A stretch of DNA of 43,498 nt, taken from contig CAZWDO010000026.1 of assembly GCA_964632485.1 (NCBI GenBank), positions 1-43,498 of the forward strand, given 5' to 3'. The stretch comes from an uncultured bacterium (GTDB lineage Bacteria; JAGOEH01). Position 1 is the first letter of the stretch. Every line of letters starts with the position of its first letter. A model generated the notes under the pieces. That model was given only the letters and a program-made list of their open reading frames with translations. It made no database searches and was not told where the DNA came from. Shown here piece after piece: positions 9,312-19,217 of the stretch. Position numbers and translations under genes: made by a program.

Positions 9312-10340
9312 ATGAAGGATTTGCGTCATTTTATCGACACGCAGGACTTTAGCAAACGGGAATTGTTGGACATGATGGAATTGATGGCGATGTTGAAACG
9401 GAGCAGGAAATTGGGCGCCGTTCCCCGACTTTTGGAAGGGGCATCCCTGGCAATGATCTTTGAAGAACCCTCGACTCGGACCCGAGTCTCCTTTGAAGTG
9501 GCGATGGAGCTTCTTGGAGGCCATGCCCTTTACTTGAAACCGGGTGAAATCCATCTGGGCCAACGTGAATCGTTACACGATACGGCAAAAGTTTTATCCC
9601 GGATGTGCGATGTTATTATGGCTCGTACCCTGGAACACAAAACGGTATTGGGCTTGGCTGAGCATTGCACAGTTCCTGTTTTAAACGGATTGACCGATTA
9701 CAATCATCCGACCCAGGTTGTTGCGGATGTCTTCACCATGAGCGAACATCTGCCTGAAGGGAAAAAACTCGAAGACTTGAAAGTCGTGTTTATTAGCGAC
9801 CGCACTAATGTGTGCAGCTCCCTGATGCATATGACCACGAAGATGGGAATGAATTTTGCGCATATCGCCCCGAAAAAATATCAATCTCCCCGGGAATGGG
9901 TTGATATTGCGTTGAGTAATATCAAGGAAAATGGCGGCAGCGTCAAGGTAACGGATGATATGAACGAAATTGTGGGAGCTGATATCATTTATACCGATTT
10001 ATGGTGGTGGGTTGGCCAGGAGCACGAAGCTGAGGAACGGGTGGCGGCTTTTAAACCGACCTATCAAGTGACTCAGGACGTGATGAAAAAAGCCGGGCCT
10101 CATGCCAAATTCATGCATTGTCTGCCGGCATCGCGGAATGTGGAAGCAATGGATGATGTCATGGATGGACCCCAGTCGATTATTTTCGATCAATCAGAAA
10201 ATCGCCTGACAGCGCAAATGGCGCTTTTGGTTTATTTTACATATCCCCGCCTGGCCAAAGCCTCTGCTGAGCTGAAAGCATTCTGTAAAGCCCAAGCTGA
10301 AGATTTCCTCAATAACGATCAACGCATCTGGAACCAATAA
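9312..10340 (+). CDS. ptcA: Putrescine carbamoyltransferase
   Basis: STRTRVSFE, HPTQ and HCLP transcarbamylase motifs. 'EHLPEGKKLED', 'TTKMGMNF' and 'DYNHPTQ' match the Enterococcus-type PtcA/AguB. Adjacent to agmatine deiminase. Start set at the ATG after GAGGAG. Confidence 0.9.
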   Translation: MKDLRHFIDTQDFSKRELLDMMELMAMLKRSRKLGAVPRLLEGASLAMIFEEPSTRTRVSFEVAMELLGGHALYLKPGEIHLGQRESLHDTAKVLSRMCDVIMARTLEHKTVLGLAEHCTVPVLNGLTDYNHPTQVVADVFTMSEHLPEGKKLEDLKVVFISDRTNVCSSLMHMTTKMGMNFAHIAPKKYQSPREWVDIALSNIKENGGSVKVTDDMNEIVGADIIYTDLWWWVGQEHEAEERVAAFKPTYQVTQDVMKKAGPHAKFMHCLPASRNVEAMDDVMDGPQSIIFDQSENRLTAQMALLVYFTYPRLAKASAELKAFCKAQAEDFLNNDQRIWNQ

Positions 10341-10355
10341 CCCGGGGAGGCATTT

Positions 10356-11750
10356 ATGTCGATTGAAACAGCAGATCGGAATTTCAAGAAATCATTATCT
10401 CTTTTTGATCTGGTTTTATTTACGTTTTGCGCGGTTTTTGTTATCGATACACTGGCCGCATCGGCCGCCATCGGCCCATCGACCATCACTTGGTGGATTA
10501 TCTGTACAATTGTTTACTTTATTCCCTATGGACTCATCAGCGCGGAATTGGGGACGACCTATCCCGAACAGGGCGGACTCTATGTCTGGACGAAAAAGGC
10601 GTTTGGCGACTATCCAGCCGCTATGACTACCTGGTTTTATTGGGTCAATGTCGCTCTTTGGATGCCCTCGGTGTATGTGCTCTTTGCAGGAATGTTTGCC
10701 CAAATGTTCTATCCCGAGATGAGCTTATGGATGCAGGTCGGTATTGGAATTTTCATGAGTTGGGTGACCGTCTGGATCAACATCCGCTCACTTTCCTTCG
10801 CTAAATGGATACCGAATGCGGGAGCAATCGCTAAGATTCTGGTCGTTACGGCCATGATCATCGCGGCTGTCAAACATTTTTTTGAATTCGGTTCGGCTAA
10901 TGTGATCGATTTTTCCAATATTCTACCCTCATTTGATTCGGGTCTGGCTTTTTTGCCGGTGATTATCTATAATTTGTCCGGTTTTGAATTGATGTCCTGC
11001 GCAGCAGGTGAAATGAAAAATCCCCGGCGTGATATCCCACGCACGGTGATTTTGTCCGGGATTATTATTTTTGTCTTTTATTTATTGACGACGGTATCAA
11101 TTTTATGGGTGGTACCGCTGGAAGAGCTCAATTTGGTAGAAGGTCTTTTGGATACGCTTTATAAGGTTTTCGGCGATGGCGGTGTCGGCAGCTTCTTTGT
11201 ATCATTGTTGGGAATTGCCGCGTTATTTACGTTTGTTGCCAATATGGTGACCTGGACCCTGGGCGCCAATCGTTCCGCGGCCGAAGCGGCCGAAGGGGGC
11301 GAATTGCCCCGCGTGTTCGGGATCATGCACCCCACTTTGAAAACTCCAGTTGGTTCCTCGATTTTAACCGGAATCGTTTCAACCGTTGTCTTTATTGTTT
11401 ACGGACTGCTTGCGACCAATTCTGAAGATTTGTTCTGGTCTATTTTCGCCTTCAGTTCCATTGTCTTTTTAATGCCCTATCTGTTTCTCTATCCGGCGTT
11501 TTTAATTCTGCGCTTTAAGGACCATGTTACGGAACGGGTTTATAAAGTTCCCGGGCCAAATTGGTTTATCATTTTAATTTCTGTTATTGCGGAAATTTTC
11601 GTTTTTCAATCGATTATCCTGTTTGTTTGGGTTCCCGGACAAGAGATTGACTGGGTTCAGGCCTGGCCGATTATTATTGGAACAATTATCACTACTCTTT
11701 TCGGAATGGGCATAACCAAATGGTCTTTAGCCAAAAACCAAGGGCGATAA
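10356..11750 (+). CDS. aguD: APC-family permease, probable agmatine/putrescine antiporter (AguD-like)
   Basis: About 12 TM segments, '[16 protein letters not shown]', 'GFE...[12 protein letters not shown]'. Lies between ptcA and aguA. Confidence 0.82.
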   Translation: MSIETADRNFKKSLSLFDLVLFTFCAVFVIDTLAASAAIGPSTITWWIICTIVYFIPYGLISAELGTTYPEQGGLYVWTKKAFGDYPAAMTTWFYWVNVALWMPSVYVLFAGMFAQMFYPEMSLWMQVGIGIFMSWVTVWINIRSLSFAKWIPNAGAIAKILVVTAMIIAAVKHFFEFGSANVIDFSNILPSFDSGLAFLPVIIYNLSGFELMSCAAGEMKNPRRDIPRTVILSGIIIFVFYLLTTVSILWVVPLEELNLVEGLLDTLYKVFGDGGVGSFFVSLLGIAALFTFVANMVTWTLGANRSAAEAAEGGELPRVFGIMHPTLKTPVGSSILTGIVSTVVFIVYGLLATNSEDLFWSIFAFSSIVFLMPYLFLYPAFLILRFKDHVTERVYKVPGPNWFIILISVIAEIFVFQSIILFVWVPGQEIDWVQAWPIIIGTIITTLFGMGITKWSLAKNQGR

Positions 11751-11752
11751 CC

Positions 11753-12850
11753 ATGTCAGTAACGATACAATCTACTCCTAAAACCGACGGGTACCGCATG
11801 CCAGGTGAATTTGAAATGCACAAAGGGTGTTGGATGATCTGGCCGGAACGGCCGGATAATTGGCGGAATGGCGCTAAACCGGCCCAGAAATCGTTTGCAG
11901 CGATAGCTGAAGCGATCGCTCAATTCGAGCCGGTGACGATGTGCGTTTCGGCCAGGCAATGGCAAAATGCCCGCAATATGTTACCTGCAAATATCCGGGT
12001 AGTCGAAATCTCCAGTAATGACTCCTGGATGCGCGATGCGGGGCCTACTTTTATTGTAAATGACAGTGGGCAGGTCCGGGGCATTGACTGGGACTTCAAC
12101 GCCTGGGGCGGTTTGGAGGGAGGACTTTATTTTCCATGGGATCAGGACGATCTGGTCGCTCGCAAGATACTCGAAATCGAGTCGGCCGACCGCTATAAAG
12201 CTCCTTTTGTGCTTGAGGGCGGTTCGATCCACACCGATGGTGAAGGCGCGCTGCTAACCACCGAGGAATGCCTCCTTAATCCTAACCGCAATCCGGGTAT
12301 GTCCCGTGATGAGATCGAAGAAGCCTTGCGGCAATACCTCAATGTGGAAAAAATTATCTGGATTCCCCGGGGAGTCTATAACGATGAAACAAACGGCCAT
12401 GTCGATAACCTGGTTTGTTTTATCCGCCCCGGCGTGGTTGCGTTGACTTGGACCGATGATCCTAATGATCCGCAATATGAGATATCAAAAGAGGCGTATG
12501 AGGTGTTGAGTCGGTCTATTGATGCCCGCGGCAGAAAACTTGAAGTTCATAAAATTCATCAGCCTGATCCGATTATTATTACAGAAGAAGAAAGCCAGGG
12601 AGTGGATCCCATTGAGGGTACACAGCCCCGCCAGGCCGGCGATCGTTTGGCCGGTTCCTATATCAACCATTATATTGCCAATGGCGGAGTAGTTGCGCCT
12701 ATCTTCAATGATCCCCATGATTCGATTGCGCTGGAGACTCTGCAAAAACTCTATAGAGAACGCAAAGTCGTCGGCGTTTTCGCCCGCGAAATCATTCTCG
12801 GCGGCGGTAATATTCATTGTATTACCCAGCAGCAACCTTTGGGGAAATGA
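11753..12850 (+). CDS. aguA: Agmatine deiminase
   Basis: 'DGYRMPGEF', 'WMRDAGP', '[12 protein letters not shown]', 'TNGHVDN', catalytic '[13 protein letters not shown]'. Start set at ATG 11753. Confidence 0.96.
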   Translation: MSVTIQSTPKTDGYRMPGEFEMHKGCWMIWPERPDNWRNGAKPAQKSFAAIAEAIAQFEPVTMCVSARQWQNARNMLPANIRVVEISSNDSWMRDAGPTFIVNDSGQVRGIDWDFNAWGGLEGGLYFPWDQDDLVARKILEIESADRYKAPFVLEGGSIHTDGEGALLTTEECLLNPNRNPGMSRDEIEEALRQYLNVEKIIWIPRGVYNDETNGHVDNLVCFIRPGVVALTWTDDPNDPQYEISKEAYEVLSRSIDARGRKLEVHKIHQPDPIIITEEESQGVDPIEGTQPRQAGDRLAGSYINHYIANGGVVAPIFNDPHDSIALETLQKLYRERKVVGVFAREIILGGGNIHCITQQQPLGK

Positions 12851-12876
12851 TTTTAATCGGTTTGGAATAGCTTAGA

Positions 12877-12909
12877 GTTTCTCCGGGCGAAATTTTCGCC
12901 TGGAGAAAC
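12877..12909. terminator. Strong hairpin between convergent aguA and nagB
   Basis: GTTTCTCCGGGCGA-aattt-TCGCCTGGAGAAAC, a 14-bp stem with one G-U pair. Confidence 0.7.
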
Positions 12910-13046
12910 CTATTACGCCGGATTAACACGACGTTATCATTGTTCCGGTTTTACTATAAATCGTGTATCAACACGTTTCACAGCGTGTTAATTAACCTCT
13001 GTCTGCGGGTTGTTAAATTCTTTTTAATTCACTATATTCATTTATA

Positions 13047-13781
13047 TTATTGAATGCGAAGGTCGCCAGCGCTTTCTTTATCTAAGAATATGGTGGCTTT
13101 ACGGTGCATCTGCAGAATAGAAGCCGGGCAACTGGTAGAAATTGGGCCTTCGATCATCGATTTTACCGCTTGCGCTTTATTTTTACCATTTGCTAACAGG
13201 ACGATTTCATGGGCATTCATAATCGTGTTGATCCCCATGGTAATCGCGCTTTTTGGCACTTCATCCTCGGAATTGAAAAAGCGGGCGTTGTCCTTAATGG
13301 TTTTTAATGTCAGCGGCTTAATGCGTGTGAGGGATCCCAGCGATGAACCCGGTTCATTAAAAGCGATGTGGCCGTTAGCGCCAATCCCCAACAGTTGAAG
13401 ATCAATACCGCCGGCTTTTTTAATCTGGTTTTCATACCATTCGCAATGTGAATCGATGTTTTGGGCCATTCCATCAGGGATGTTGACCTGTGAGGGGTTG
13501 ATATTGATATGTTTGAATAGATTTTCCCACATAAAGTAGTGGTAACTCTGAGGATGATCCGGCGGCAAGCCGACATATTCATCTAAATTGAAGGTTGTAA
13601 CTTGTGAAAAATCGAGGGTTTGATCCCGATGCATTTGGATGAGTTCCTGATACACACCGAGGGGAGTACTCCCGGTTGCCAGTCCCAGTACAAGTCCCGG
13701 TTTGTTACGAATTTTTTCGGCAATCAGTATAGCGGCTTCCCGGCTAATTTCCTGATACGTGTTAAAAACCTGAATACGCAT
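13047..13781 (-). CDS. nagB: Glucosamine-6-phosphate deaminase
   Basis: 'LGLATGSTP', 'TFNLDEYVGL', 'GIGANGHIAFNEPGS'. Start set at MRIQV after an AAAGGAG RBS. Confidence 0.96.
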   Translation of the reverse strand: MRIQVFNTYQEISREAAILIAEKIRNKPGLVLGLATGSTPLGVYQELIQMHRDQTLDFSQVTTFNLDEYVGLPPDHPQSYHYFMWENLFKHININPSQVNIPDGMAQNIDSHCEWYENQIKKAGGIDLQLLGIGANGHIAFNEPGSSLGSLTRIKPLTLKTIKDNARFFNSEDEVPKSAITMGINTIMNAHEIVLLANGKNKAQAVKSMIEGPISTSCPASILQMHRKATIFLDKESAGDLRIQ

Positions 13782-13798
13782 AGCAAAACTCCTTTTGT

Positions 13799-14554
13799 CT
13801 AAAGAAATTGACAGTGTTCTATTGGAATCCAACCGGTATAGCCATTCTCCAACTGGATTTCTATCCAATCTTCACGTCGTTGCAATTGATGGAGTTTAAT
13901 TCCGGCGTGAATGATAAACGCGGCTTCGGCTTCTTTGCTGGGGCTGACCTTGACTTCGATTTCGTCGCTGATCAGAATGGCGACACATGGATCCTGATAG
14001 AAGCGCGCGCGTTCGACCAACCACATCGTTTCCAATGTCAGCGCAGCGAGGATTAGAGTCAGCGCCAGCTTGACCAGTGTCAACCGGCGTCTCCGGAATT
14101 GATAGATATAGATAAATGCGCCGGTTAATCCGAGTGAAAAAGTAATTAACCAGAGAATTTGTATCTCCTTGAGTGTCAGAATCTGGGCCCATTGTTCTAC
14201 CCACCGCAAATAAAATGGTTTTGCGATCGGTTCGATTTTATCGCTCAACATTAGTTTTGTTCGATTCAGGTTGAAGCGGATGTCTTCGTCCCGGGGGGTT
14301 AATCGCAGGGCTTTTTCATAGTAATAAATGGCCCATTGGGGGCGGTGGAGTTTCACATACGTATTTGCGAGATTGAAAAAGAGATCCGCCCGCGCATAGC
14401 CTTGCCCCGCAATTTGTTCATAAGCGATGCGGGCGCTGTCGAAATTTTCCTGTTGATAATAGCGGTTGCCCGCTTCAAAAAAACGAAGCAGGTTTTCATT
14501 GGCGGTCAGTAAGCAGGGTACTAAATAAAGGACAACCAACCAGACGTATTTCAT
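13799..14554 (-). CDS. batE: BatE-like TPR plus SH3 membrane protein
   Basis: Signal peptide, TPR 'FFNLANTY...YYEKALRLTPRDEDIRFNL', two TM helices, SH3-like 'WIEIQLENGYTGWI'. Confidence 0.88.
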   Translation of the reverse strand: MKYVWLVVLYLVPCLLTANENLLRFFEAGNRYYQQENFDSARIAYEQIAGQGYARADLFFNLANTYVKLHRPQWAIYYYEKALRLTPRDEDIRFNLNRTKLMLSDKIEPIAKPFYLRWVEQWAQILTLKEIQILWLITFSLGLTGAFIYIYQFRRRRLTLVKLALTLILAALTLETMWLVERARFYQDPCVAILISDEIEVKVSPSKEAEAAFIIHAGIKLHQLQRREDWIEIQLENGYTGWIPIEHCQFL

Positions 14555-14566
14555 GGGCATTCCTTA

Positions 14567-16372
14567 TTAAAAATAGCGGGTTAAACGAGTTAATAAACTT
14601 TCAGTCAGTTTGAAATCGTCTTCTTTTTGTTTTTGATTGGGCTTAACGGGGGAGAATCGGGCTAATTGAGTATGGTCCATGAAGTTCAAAAGTTCCTGGA
14701 TAACCGCTTCATCAATTTTTCTTGCGTTGAAAAGCGCGCGAATTTCATCGCTGTTCAGATCGCTTTTATCGGGCATCAGACGGTCCGTGATATATTTTGC
14801 TAATGCGCAATAGAGCTCGTTATAAAATGCATCAATATTTTCATCCCGTTTTAGCTGTTTAGCCTTACCGAGCCGCTTTTTAGCTTCGCGCGATGCGCCC
14901 ATTGAGCGGGCGTAGCTCCGGTCGTCTATAAGCCGATTGCGATGACTGCTGTGAATGAAGGCAAGCGGTATGGAAAACAAACCGATCATGAGCAACAGCC
15001 AAAAATACCATTCCAGTTGCTGTTGCTGGTTGACGATAGCAGTGGGCGTCGGTTTAATGTAACGGATATCCTGTTTCAACAGATCAATTTCCCGTGCATC
15101 GTAATTGCCGGCGGCGCTGCTGAGTACGGGCGTTTTCCCTTGTTCCACCGTGATGGTGATGGGCTGGGTTGAAACCGTTTTGTATTGATAGCTTTCAATG
15201 TCAAAATAGTGAAAGGAAACGGCCGGAATGGTAAACGAACCTTTTCGGTTCGGCACCAGAGCATACTCAATCACCATTTTACCGGAGACACGATCGCTAT
15301 TGGGAGTAATGGTCGAACCGGATTTATAGGCTGTAAACGCATCGGGAAAAGTCAGTTCCGGTTCACCAACCATCTTGAAGTTACCCTGCCCGGCCAGTGT
15401 CAGGCGAAAAGTGATGCCTTCGTTTGTTTTTGCCTGAGTAGAATTAACCCCGGCTTGAATGGTAAATCGTCCCACGTTTCCATCGGTCATTCCTGCGGGA
15501 CGCCCGGTTGAAGGTAACGGTTTGACGTCGATGGCAATCGGATTGGATTTGACTTCAAGTTGCTGGGATTGTGAAAAAAAAGAGGAACTGAAAAAATCGT
15601 CAAAAAATGGATCGCGCGACCGAACTCTGACCACACAGTTAATGCTGAAAGGTGAAATGGTCTGTTTCCCGATGGCTGTGGGATAGACCAGAATCTCCTG
15701 GAGTTCGGCAACCAGGTATTTCTGGTTGTTGATCACTTTGTTGTATTGTTTGATGCTGTTGTTATTGGGAATCTCTTCGACCCAAAAATTTTGAGTTTTT
15801 GGCAAGGCGTTCACGGAGTATTGTTCAACATTCATCCGCGTATAAAGTTTATAGACAATCCGGATCGGTTCATAAAGATAGACTGATTTTTTACTGATTT
15901 CTCCACGTAGGTAGATATCTTCATTTTGCTTTTCGGGGTTCGAATCGCCCCTCTCGGATCCAGATGCGGTCTGACCCTGAGCTAAAACTTCGATGGCCAG
16001 TCGGTTGCTTTCATAAGTCTGATTATTGAGCGCGATGCTGGCCGGACCCAGCTCAAATTTTCCCACTTGGTTCCCCCGCAGGTAGATCGTAAGGGTTTGA
16101 CTGACGGTTTTTCGGCCATTGACAATTGAAATATTCGATGATTGCGTTTTACCGATCATCTGGAAATTTTCAATCCCTTTGATCACAGGCGTAAAACTGC
16201 CGACTTGTCCCGTACTGCTTACCACTAACTCAATGCCCAACTCTTCACCAATAGTCAGTTGACTGCGATTGCTCGAAAGCGAGACTTCAATTTGCGCCCA
16301 GGTAGATTGAAGGGGACCCGCAAGAAAAATAAAAAGCGCTAAAACAAGTAGATTACCAGTCCTTTTCGACAT
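14567..16372 (-). CDS. batD: BatD family protein
   Basis: Signal peptide, repeated Ig-like BatD domains ('QSSNISIVNG', 'FWVEEI', 'DPFFDDFF', 'G.GN'), C-terminal TM plus cytoplasmic tail. Start MSKR after GGAGG. Confidence 0.9.
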   Translation of the reverse strand: MSKRTGNLLVLALFIFLAGPLQSTWAQIEVSLSSNRSQLTIGEELGIELVVSSTGQVGSFTPVIKGIENFQMIGKTQSSNISIVNGRKTVSQTLTIYLRGNQVGKFELGPASIALNNQTYESNRLAIEVLAQGQTASGSERGDSNPEKQNEDIYLRGEISKKSVYLYEPIRIVYKLYTRMNVEQYSVNALPKTQNFWVEEIPNNNSIKQYNKVINNQKYLVAELQEILVYPTAIGKQTISPFSINCVVRVRSRDPFFDDFFSSSFFSQSQQLEVKSNPIAIDVKPLPSTGRPAGMTDGNVGRFTIQAGVNSTQAKTNEGITFRLTLAGQGNFKMVGEPELTFPDAFTAYKSGSTITPNSDRVSGKMVIEYALVPNRKGSFTIPAVSFHYFDIESYQYKTVSTQPITITVEQGKTPVLSSAAGNYDAREIDLLKQDIRYIKPTPTAIVNQQQQLEWYFWLLLMIGLFSIPLAFIHSSHRNRLIDDRSYARSMGASREAKKRLGKAKQLKRDENIDAFYNELYCALAKYITDRLMPDKSDLNSDEIRALFNARKIDEAVIQELLNFMDHTQLARFSPVKPNQKQKEDDFKLTESLLTRLTRYF

Positions 16373-17177
16373 GACGTCGTCCTCCCGCCGGCACACGCAT
16401 TTTTTCCAAGTTTTTCTTTTCCTGATCTTCCATCGCTTTTAACATCGCCTCCGCTTGTTGCTGGTCCATTTTTTCCTGCTGTTCCTGTTGAGATTGTGTT
16501 TCCTGCGCCTGTTCGTTTTCTTTCTGCTGCTGATCCTTTTCCTGTTGCTGCTGCTGTTGTTTTTCCTGGTCCTGCTGGTTTTGCTGGTTTTGCTGGTCCT
16601 GCTGATCTTTCTGATCTTGCTGTTTTTCCTGGTTCTGTTGGTTTTGCTGCTGTTGCTGTTGGGGTTTAATCAAATAAACGCCCATCTGCACCCCAGCGGC
16701 ATCCGGCTGTTGGTTTTGCTGCTGTTGCTGTTGGGGTTTAATCTGGTCTTTGATCTTTTTGCGAACGAATTCCAGATTAAATTTTGCGTCCTGATCTTCA
16801 GGGTTTTGTTTCAGCGCCTGGATGTAATGTTGGACGGCATCTTCCAGTTGATTGTTGCGATAGGCCAGATTTCCCAAATTATAGTCGATTTTACCTTTGG
16901 TCTCGCGGTCGGAAGTCAAGCTTTGTGATTTTTCGAGTTCTTTTTTAGCTTCTTCATATTTTTGCAGTTCATAGAAGGTAATGCCTTTATTGTATTGAAC
17001 CACATTATGTTCCTGGGCTTCCAGTGCAGCATCGGAATATTTTTTCAGGGCTTCCTGGTACTCTTTTTGCGTAAATAGTTCATTGCCTTTTTTTATATAA
17101 TCATAAAGCGCATCGGCGGAATGGGCGCAGAAGGGGATAAATAGCCATAGTGTTACAATCGGGACGATCCGTTTCAT
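16353..17177 (-). CDS. batC: BatC-like TPR protein with Gln-rich linker
   Basis: Signal peptide, TPRs 'YNLGN..Y...ALKQNPEDQDAKFNLE', poly-Q region, canonical C-terminal 'EKDW'. Confidence 0.9.
   Translation of the reverse strand: MKRIVPIVTLWLFIPFCAHSADALYDYIKKGNELFTQKEYQEALKKYSDAALEAQEHNVVQYNKGITFYELQKYEEAKKELEKSQSLTSDRETKGKIDYNLGNLAYRNNQLEDAVQHYIQALKQNPEDQDAKFNLEFVRKKIKDQIKPQQQQQQNQQPDAAGVQMGVYLIKPQQQQQQNQQNQEKQQDQKDQQDQQNQQNQQDQEKQQQQQQEKDQQQKENEQAQETQSQQEQQEKMDQQQAEAMLKAMEDQEKKNLEKMRVPAGGRRHVEKDW
16635..16743. repeat. Perfect 37-bp direct repeat flanking a unique 35-bp insert inside batC
   Basis: CTGTTGGTTTTGCTGCTGTTGCTGTTGGGGTTTAATC at 16635-16671 and 16707-16743; insert AAATAAACGCCCATCTGCACCCCAGCGGCATCCGG at 16672-16706. 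Confidence 0.95.
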
Positions 17178-18208
17178 ATTTCAAACCTCCCTTTCCAAAG
17201 TTTTTTGCGTTTTTTTCGATCCGGGATCAGACTTTCCAGGAAAAGCAAGAAGAATCCGATAGCGAGGGGGTAATAGAAACGTTCTTCGTATTGGGAGAAT
17301 TTGCGACTATCGATTTCGCTTTTTTCCAAGGCATTAATTTCATTTAAAATTTTATGAATTTCCGAATTATCCGGCGATGCGTGAAAGTATTTGCCATTGG
17401 TCAGCAGAGCGATTTTTTCCAATGTAGTCTCATCCAGTCGGGTGGTAATCAAGTTGCCGTGTCGATCCTTTTTATGGCCGCTGCGATAGCCGTTTTCATC
17501 ATATTCTGGAATCGGGGTTCCTTCCAGGGCGCCGATGCCGACGGTAAAAATTTTAATTCCTTTTTTAGCGGCATCATTGGCGACCTCTTCGATATCGCCT
17601 TCATGGTTTTCGCCATCGGTAATGAGCAGAATTATCCGTGATTTTCTATCTTCTTCGTCGAAGGCCTTTTCCGCCATTTTAATCGCTTCGGGAAGATTGG
17701 TTCCCGGAACCGGAATCAGCTCGGGGTTGATAATGTCGAGCATCATTTTCGCGGCAGCGTAATCCAGGGTCAGGGGACACTGGATAAAAGGGATTCCCGC
17801 AAAGATAATCAGGGCAATACGGTCGCCTTTCAATTGATTGATGATCATCTCGATTTCCATTTTAGCGCGCGTTAGTCGGCTGGGGGCAATATCCTCGGCC
17901 AACATGCTTTTGGATATATCGAAGGCGATTACTAAATCGATGCCTTTCCGTTTGATCAGTTCGACCCGGGTGCCGTATTGGGGACGAGCCAGGGAAATGA
18001 TGAAAAAAACTAAGGCGCAAAGAATTAAGCCGCTTTTCCAGTATTGTCGGTTAAGGCTGATATGCGGGGTGATTTTCGGCAAAATATCCGGATTAGCAAA
18101 CCGAGCCAGTATCTGTTTTTTTTGTTTGAACAGGTAAATCAAAATAAGCAACAGCAGGGGGATGAGCAAAAGCAAATAAAGGGCAGTAGAGTATTCGAAG
18201 CGAACCAA
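17174..18208 (-). CDS. batB: BatB vWA domain protein
   Basis: 'LARPQYG', MIDAS 'DISKSM', 'APSRL', 'CPLTLDY', 'ITDGENHE'. TTG start after a GGAG RBS. Confidence 0.92.
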   Translation of the reverse strand: MVRFEYSTALYLLLLIPLLLLILIYLFKQKKQILARFANPDILPKITPHISLNRQYWKSGLILCALVFFIISLARPQYGTRVELIKRKGIDLVIAFDISKSMLAEDIAPSRLTRAKMEIEMIINQLKGDRIALIIFAGIPFIQCPLTLDYAAAKMMLDIINPELIPVPGTNLPEAIKMAEKAFDEEDRKSRIILLITDGENHEGDIEEVANDAAKKGIKIFTVGIGALEGTPIPEYDENGYRSGHKKDRHGNLITTRLDETTLEKIALLTNGKYFHASPDNSEIHKILNEINALEKSEIDSRKFSQYEERFYYPLAIGFFLLFLESLIPDRKKRKKLWKGRFEI

Positions 18209-18218
18209 TGAACTCCTC

Positions 18219-19217
18219 CTATGGAATTTTACGGAATAGCGTGTGGGTCAACAAGACCTCCACGAGTAGGATTAAGAGGCCCAGAGCGATGAAAATATGC
18301 GCCAATTCCTGATACTTCATATAGTTTTTCACTTCAACTTTAGTTTTCTCCATGGCGCTGATTTCTTCATAAATTTTTTGCAGTTTATCGGTGTCGGTCG
18401 CCCGGAAATAGCGCCCGCCGGTGATTTGAGCGATCTGTTTGAGCATGGTCTCGTCGATATCCACGTCCATGGGCACCAGCCGGGTGCCAAAAAGCGGGTC
18501 GTCGATCGGGTACATTGCCTTGCCAATGCTGCCGACACCTATTGTGTAAACCTTGATTTTAAGGGTTTTGGCCAACTGGCCGGCGGTCAGTGGATCGATT
18601 GATCCCCGATTGTTCCGTCCGTCCGTTAAAAGAATCACCACTTTGCTTTTGGATTGGCTGTTTTTTAGGCGGTTGACGGATGTAGCCAATCCCATTCCGA
18701 TAGCCGTTCCATCTTCAATCAAGCCGAAATCCAGCCGGTTCATAAAAGAAATTAGCACGCTGTAGTCGATGGTCAGGGGGCATTGGGTAAAACTTTCCCC
18801 TGCAAAGACCACTAGTCCAATGCGATCATTCATGCGATTTTTAATGAAATCTTCGGCCACGATTTTCGCCGCTTCCAGCCTATTCTTGGGTTTGAAATCG
18901 ACGGCTTTCATGGAAGTGGATATATCCATGGCCATTACGATGTCGATTCCTTCGGAAAAAAATTCCTGGATTTGGTAACCATAGCGGGGTCGAGCCAGCG
19001 CAATGATGAAAAAAAGTAAAGCCGTCGCCCGCAAAACAATGATGGTGTGGCGCCATTGGGCCGAATTGGAGAGCTTCTGCAAGGGTTTGATCCGCGCGAT
19101 ATCGGAATAGCGGATACTGCCGCTACGCACTTTTAAAAAAAGAAAGTACAAATAGATAACCAATGGAATGACAATAATAAGTAAAAATGCCAGAGGGAAT
19201 TGGAATTCAGGCCACAT
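18219..19217 (-). CDS. batA: BatA vWA domain protein
   Basis: 'ALARP', MIDAS 'DISTSM', 'DGTAIGMGL', 'LLTDGRNNRG', 'GGRYFRATD'. Start set at MWPEF. Confidence 0.93.
   Translation of the reverse strand: MWPEFQFPLAFLLIIVIPLVIYLYFLFLKVRSGSIRYSDIARIKPLQKLSNSAQWRHTIIVLRATALLFFIIALARPRYGYQIQEFFSEGIDIVMAMDISTSMKAVDFKPKNRLEAAKIVAEDFIKNRMNDRIGLVVFAGESFTQCPLTIDYSVLISFMNRLDFGLIEDGTAIGMGLATSVNRLKNSQSKSKVVILLTDGRNNRGSIDPLTAGQLAKTLKIKVYTIGVGSIGKAMYPIDDPLFGTRLVPMDVDIDETMLKQIAQITGGRYFRATDTDKLQKIYEEISAMEKTKVEVKNYMKYQELAHIFIALGLLILLVEVLLTHTLFRKIP

Noticed and set aside
9264-10340. Annotation as ornithine carbamoyltransferase (argF/arcB) and the longer TTG start
   Set aside because: Lacks the SMG ornithine-binding loop, matches PtcA segments, and sits beside aguA. 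The RBS supports ATG 9312.
16635-16743. Calling the 37/35/37 structure a functional CRISPR array
   Set aside because: Only two repeats, no leader or cas genes in the window, a non-palindromic repeat, and the repeat is native batC coding sequence. Kept as a possible integration scar only.
16455-16928. 157-aa Leu-rich plus-strand ORF resembling a membrane protein
   Set aside because: Antisense shadow of the CAG/CAA poly-Gln tract in batC.
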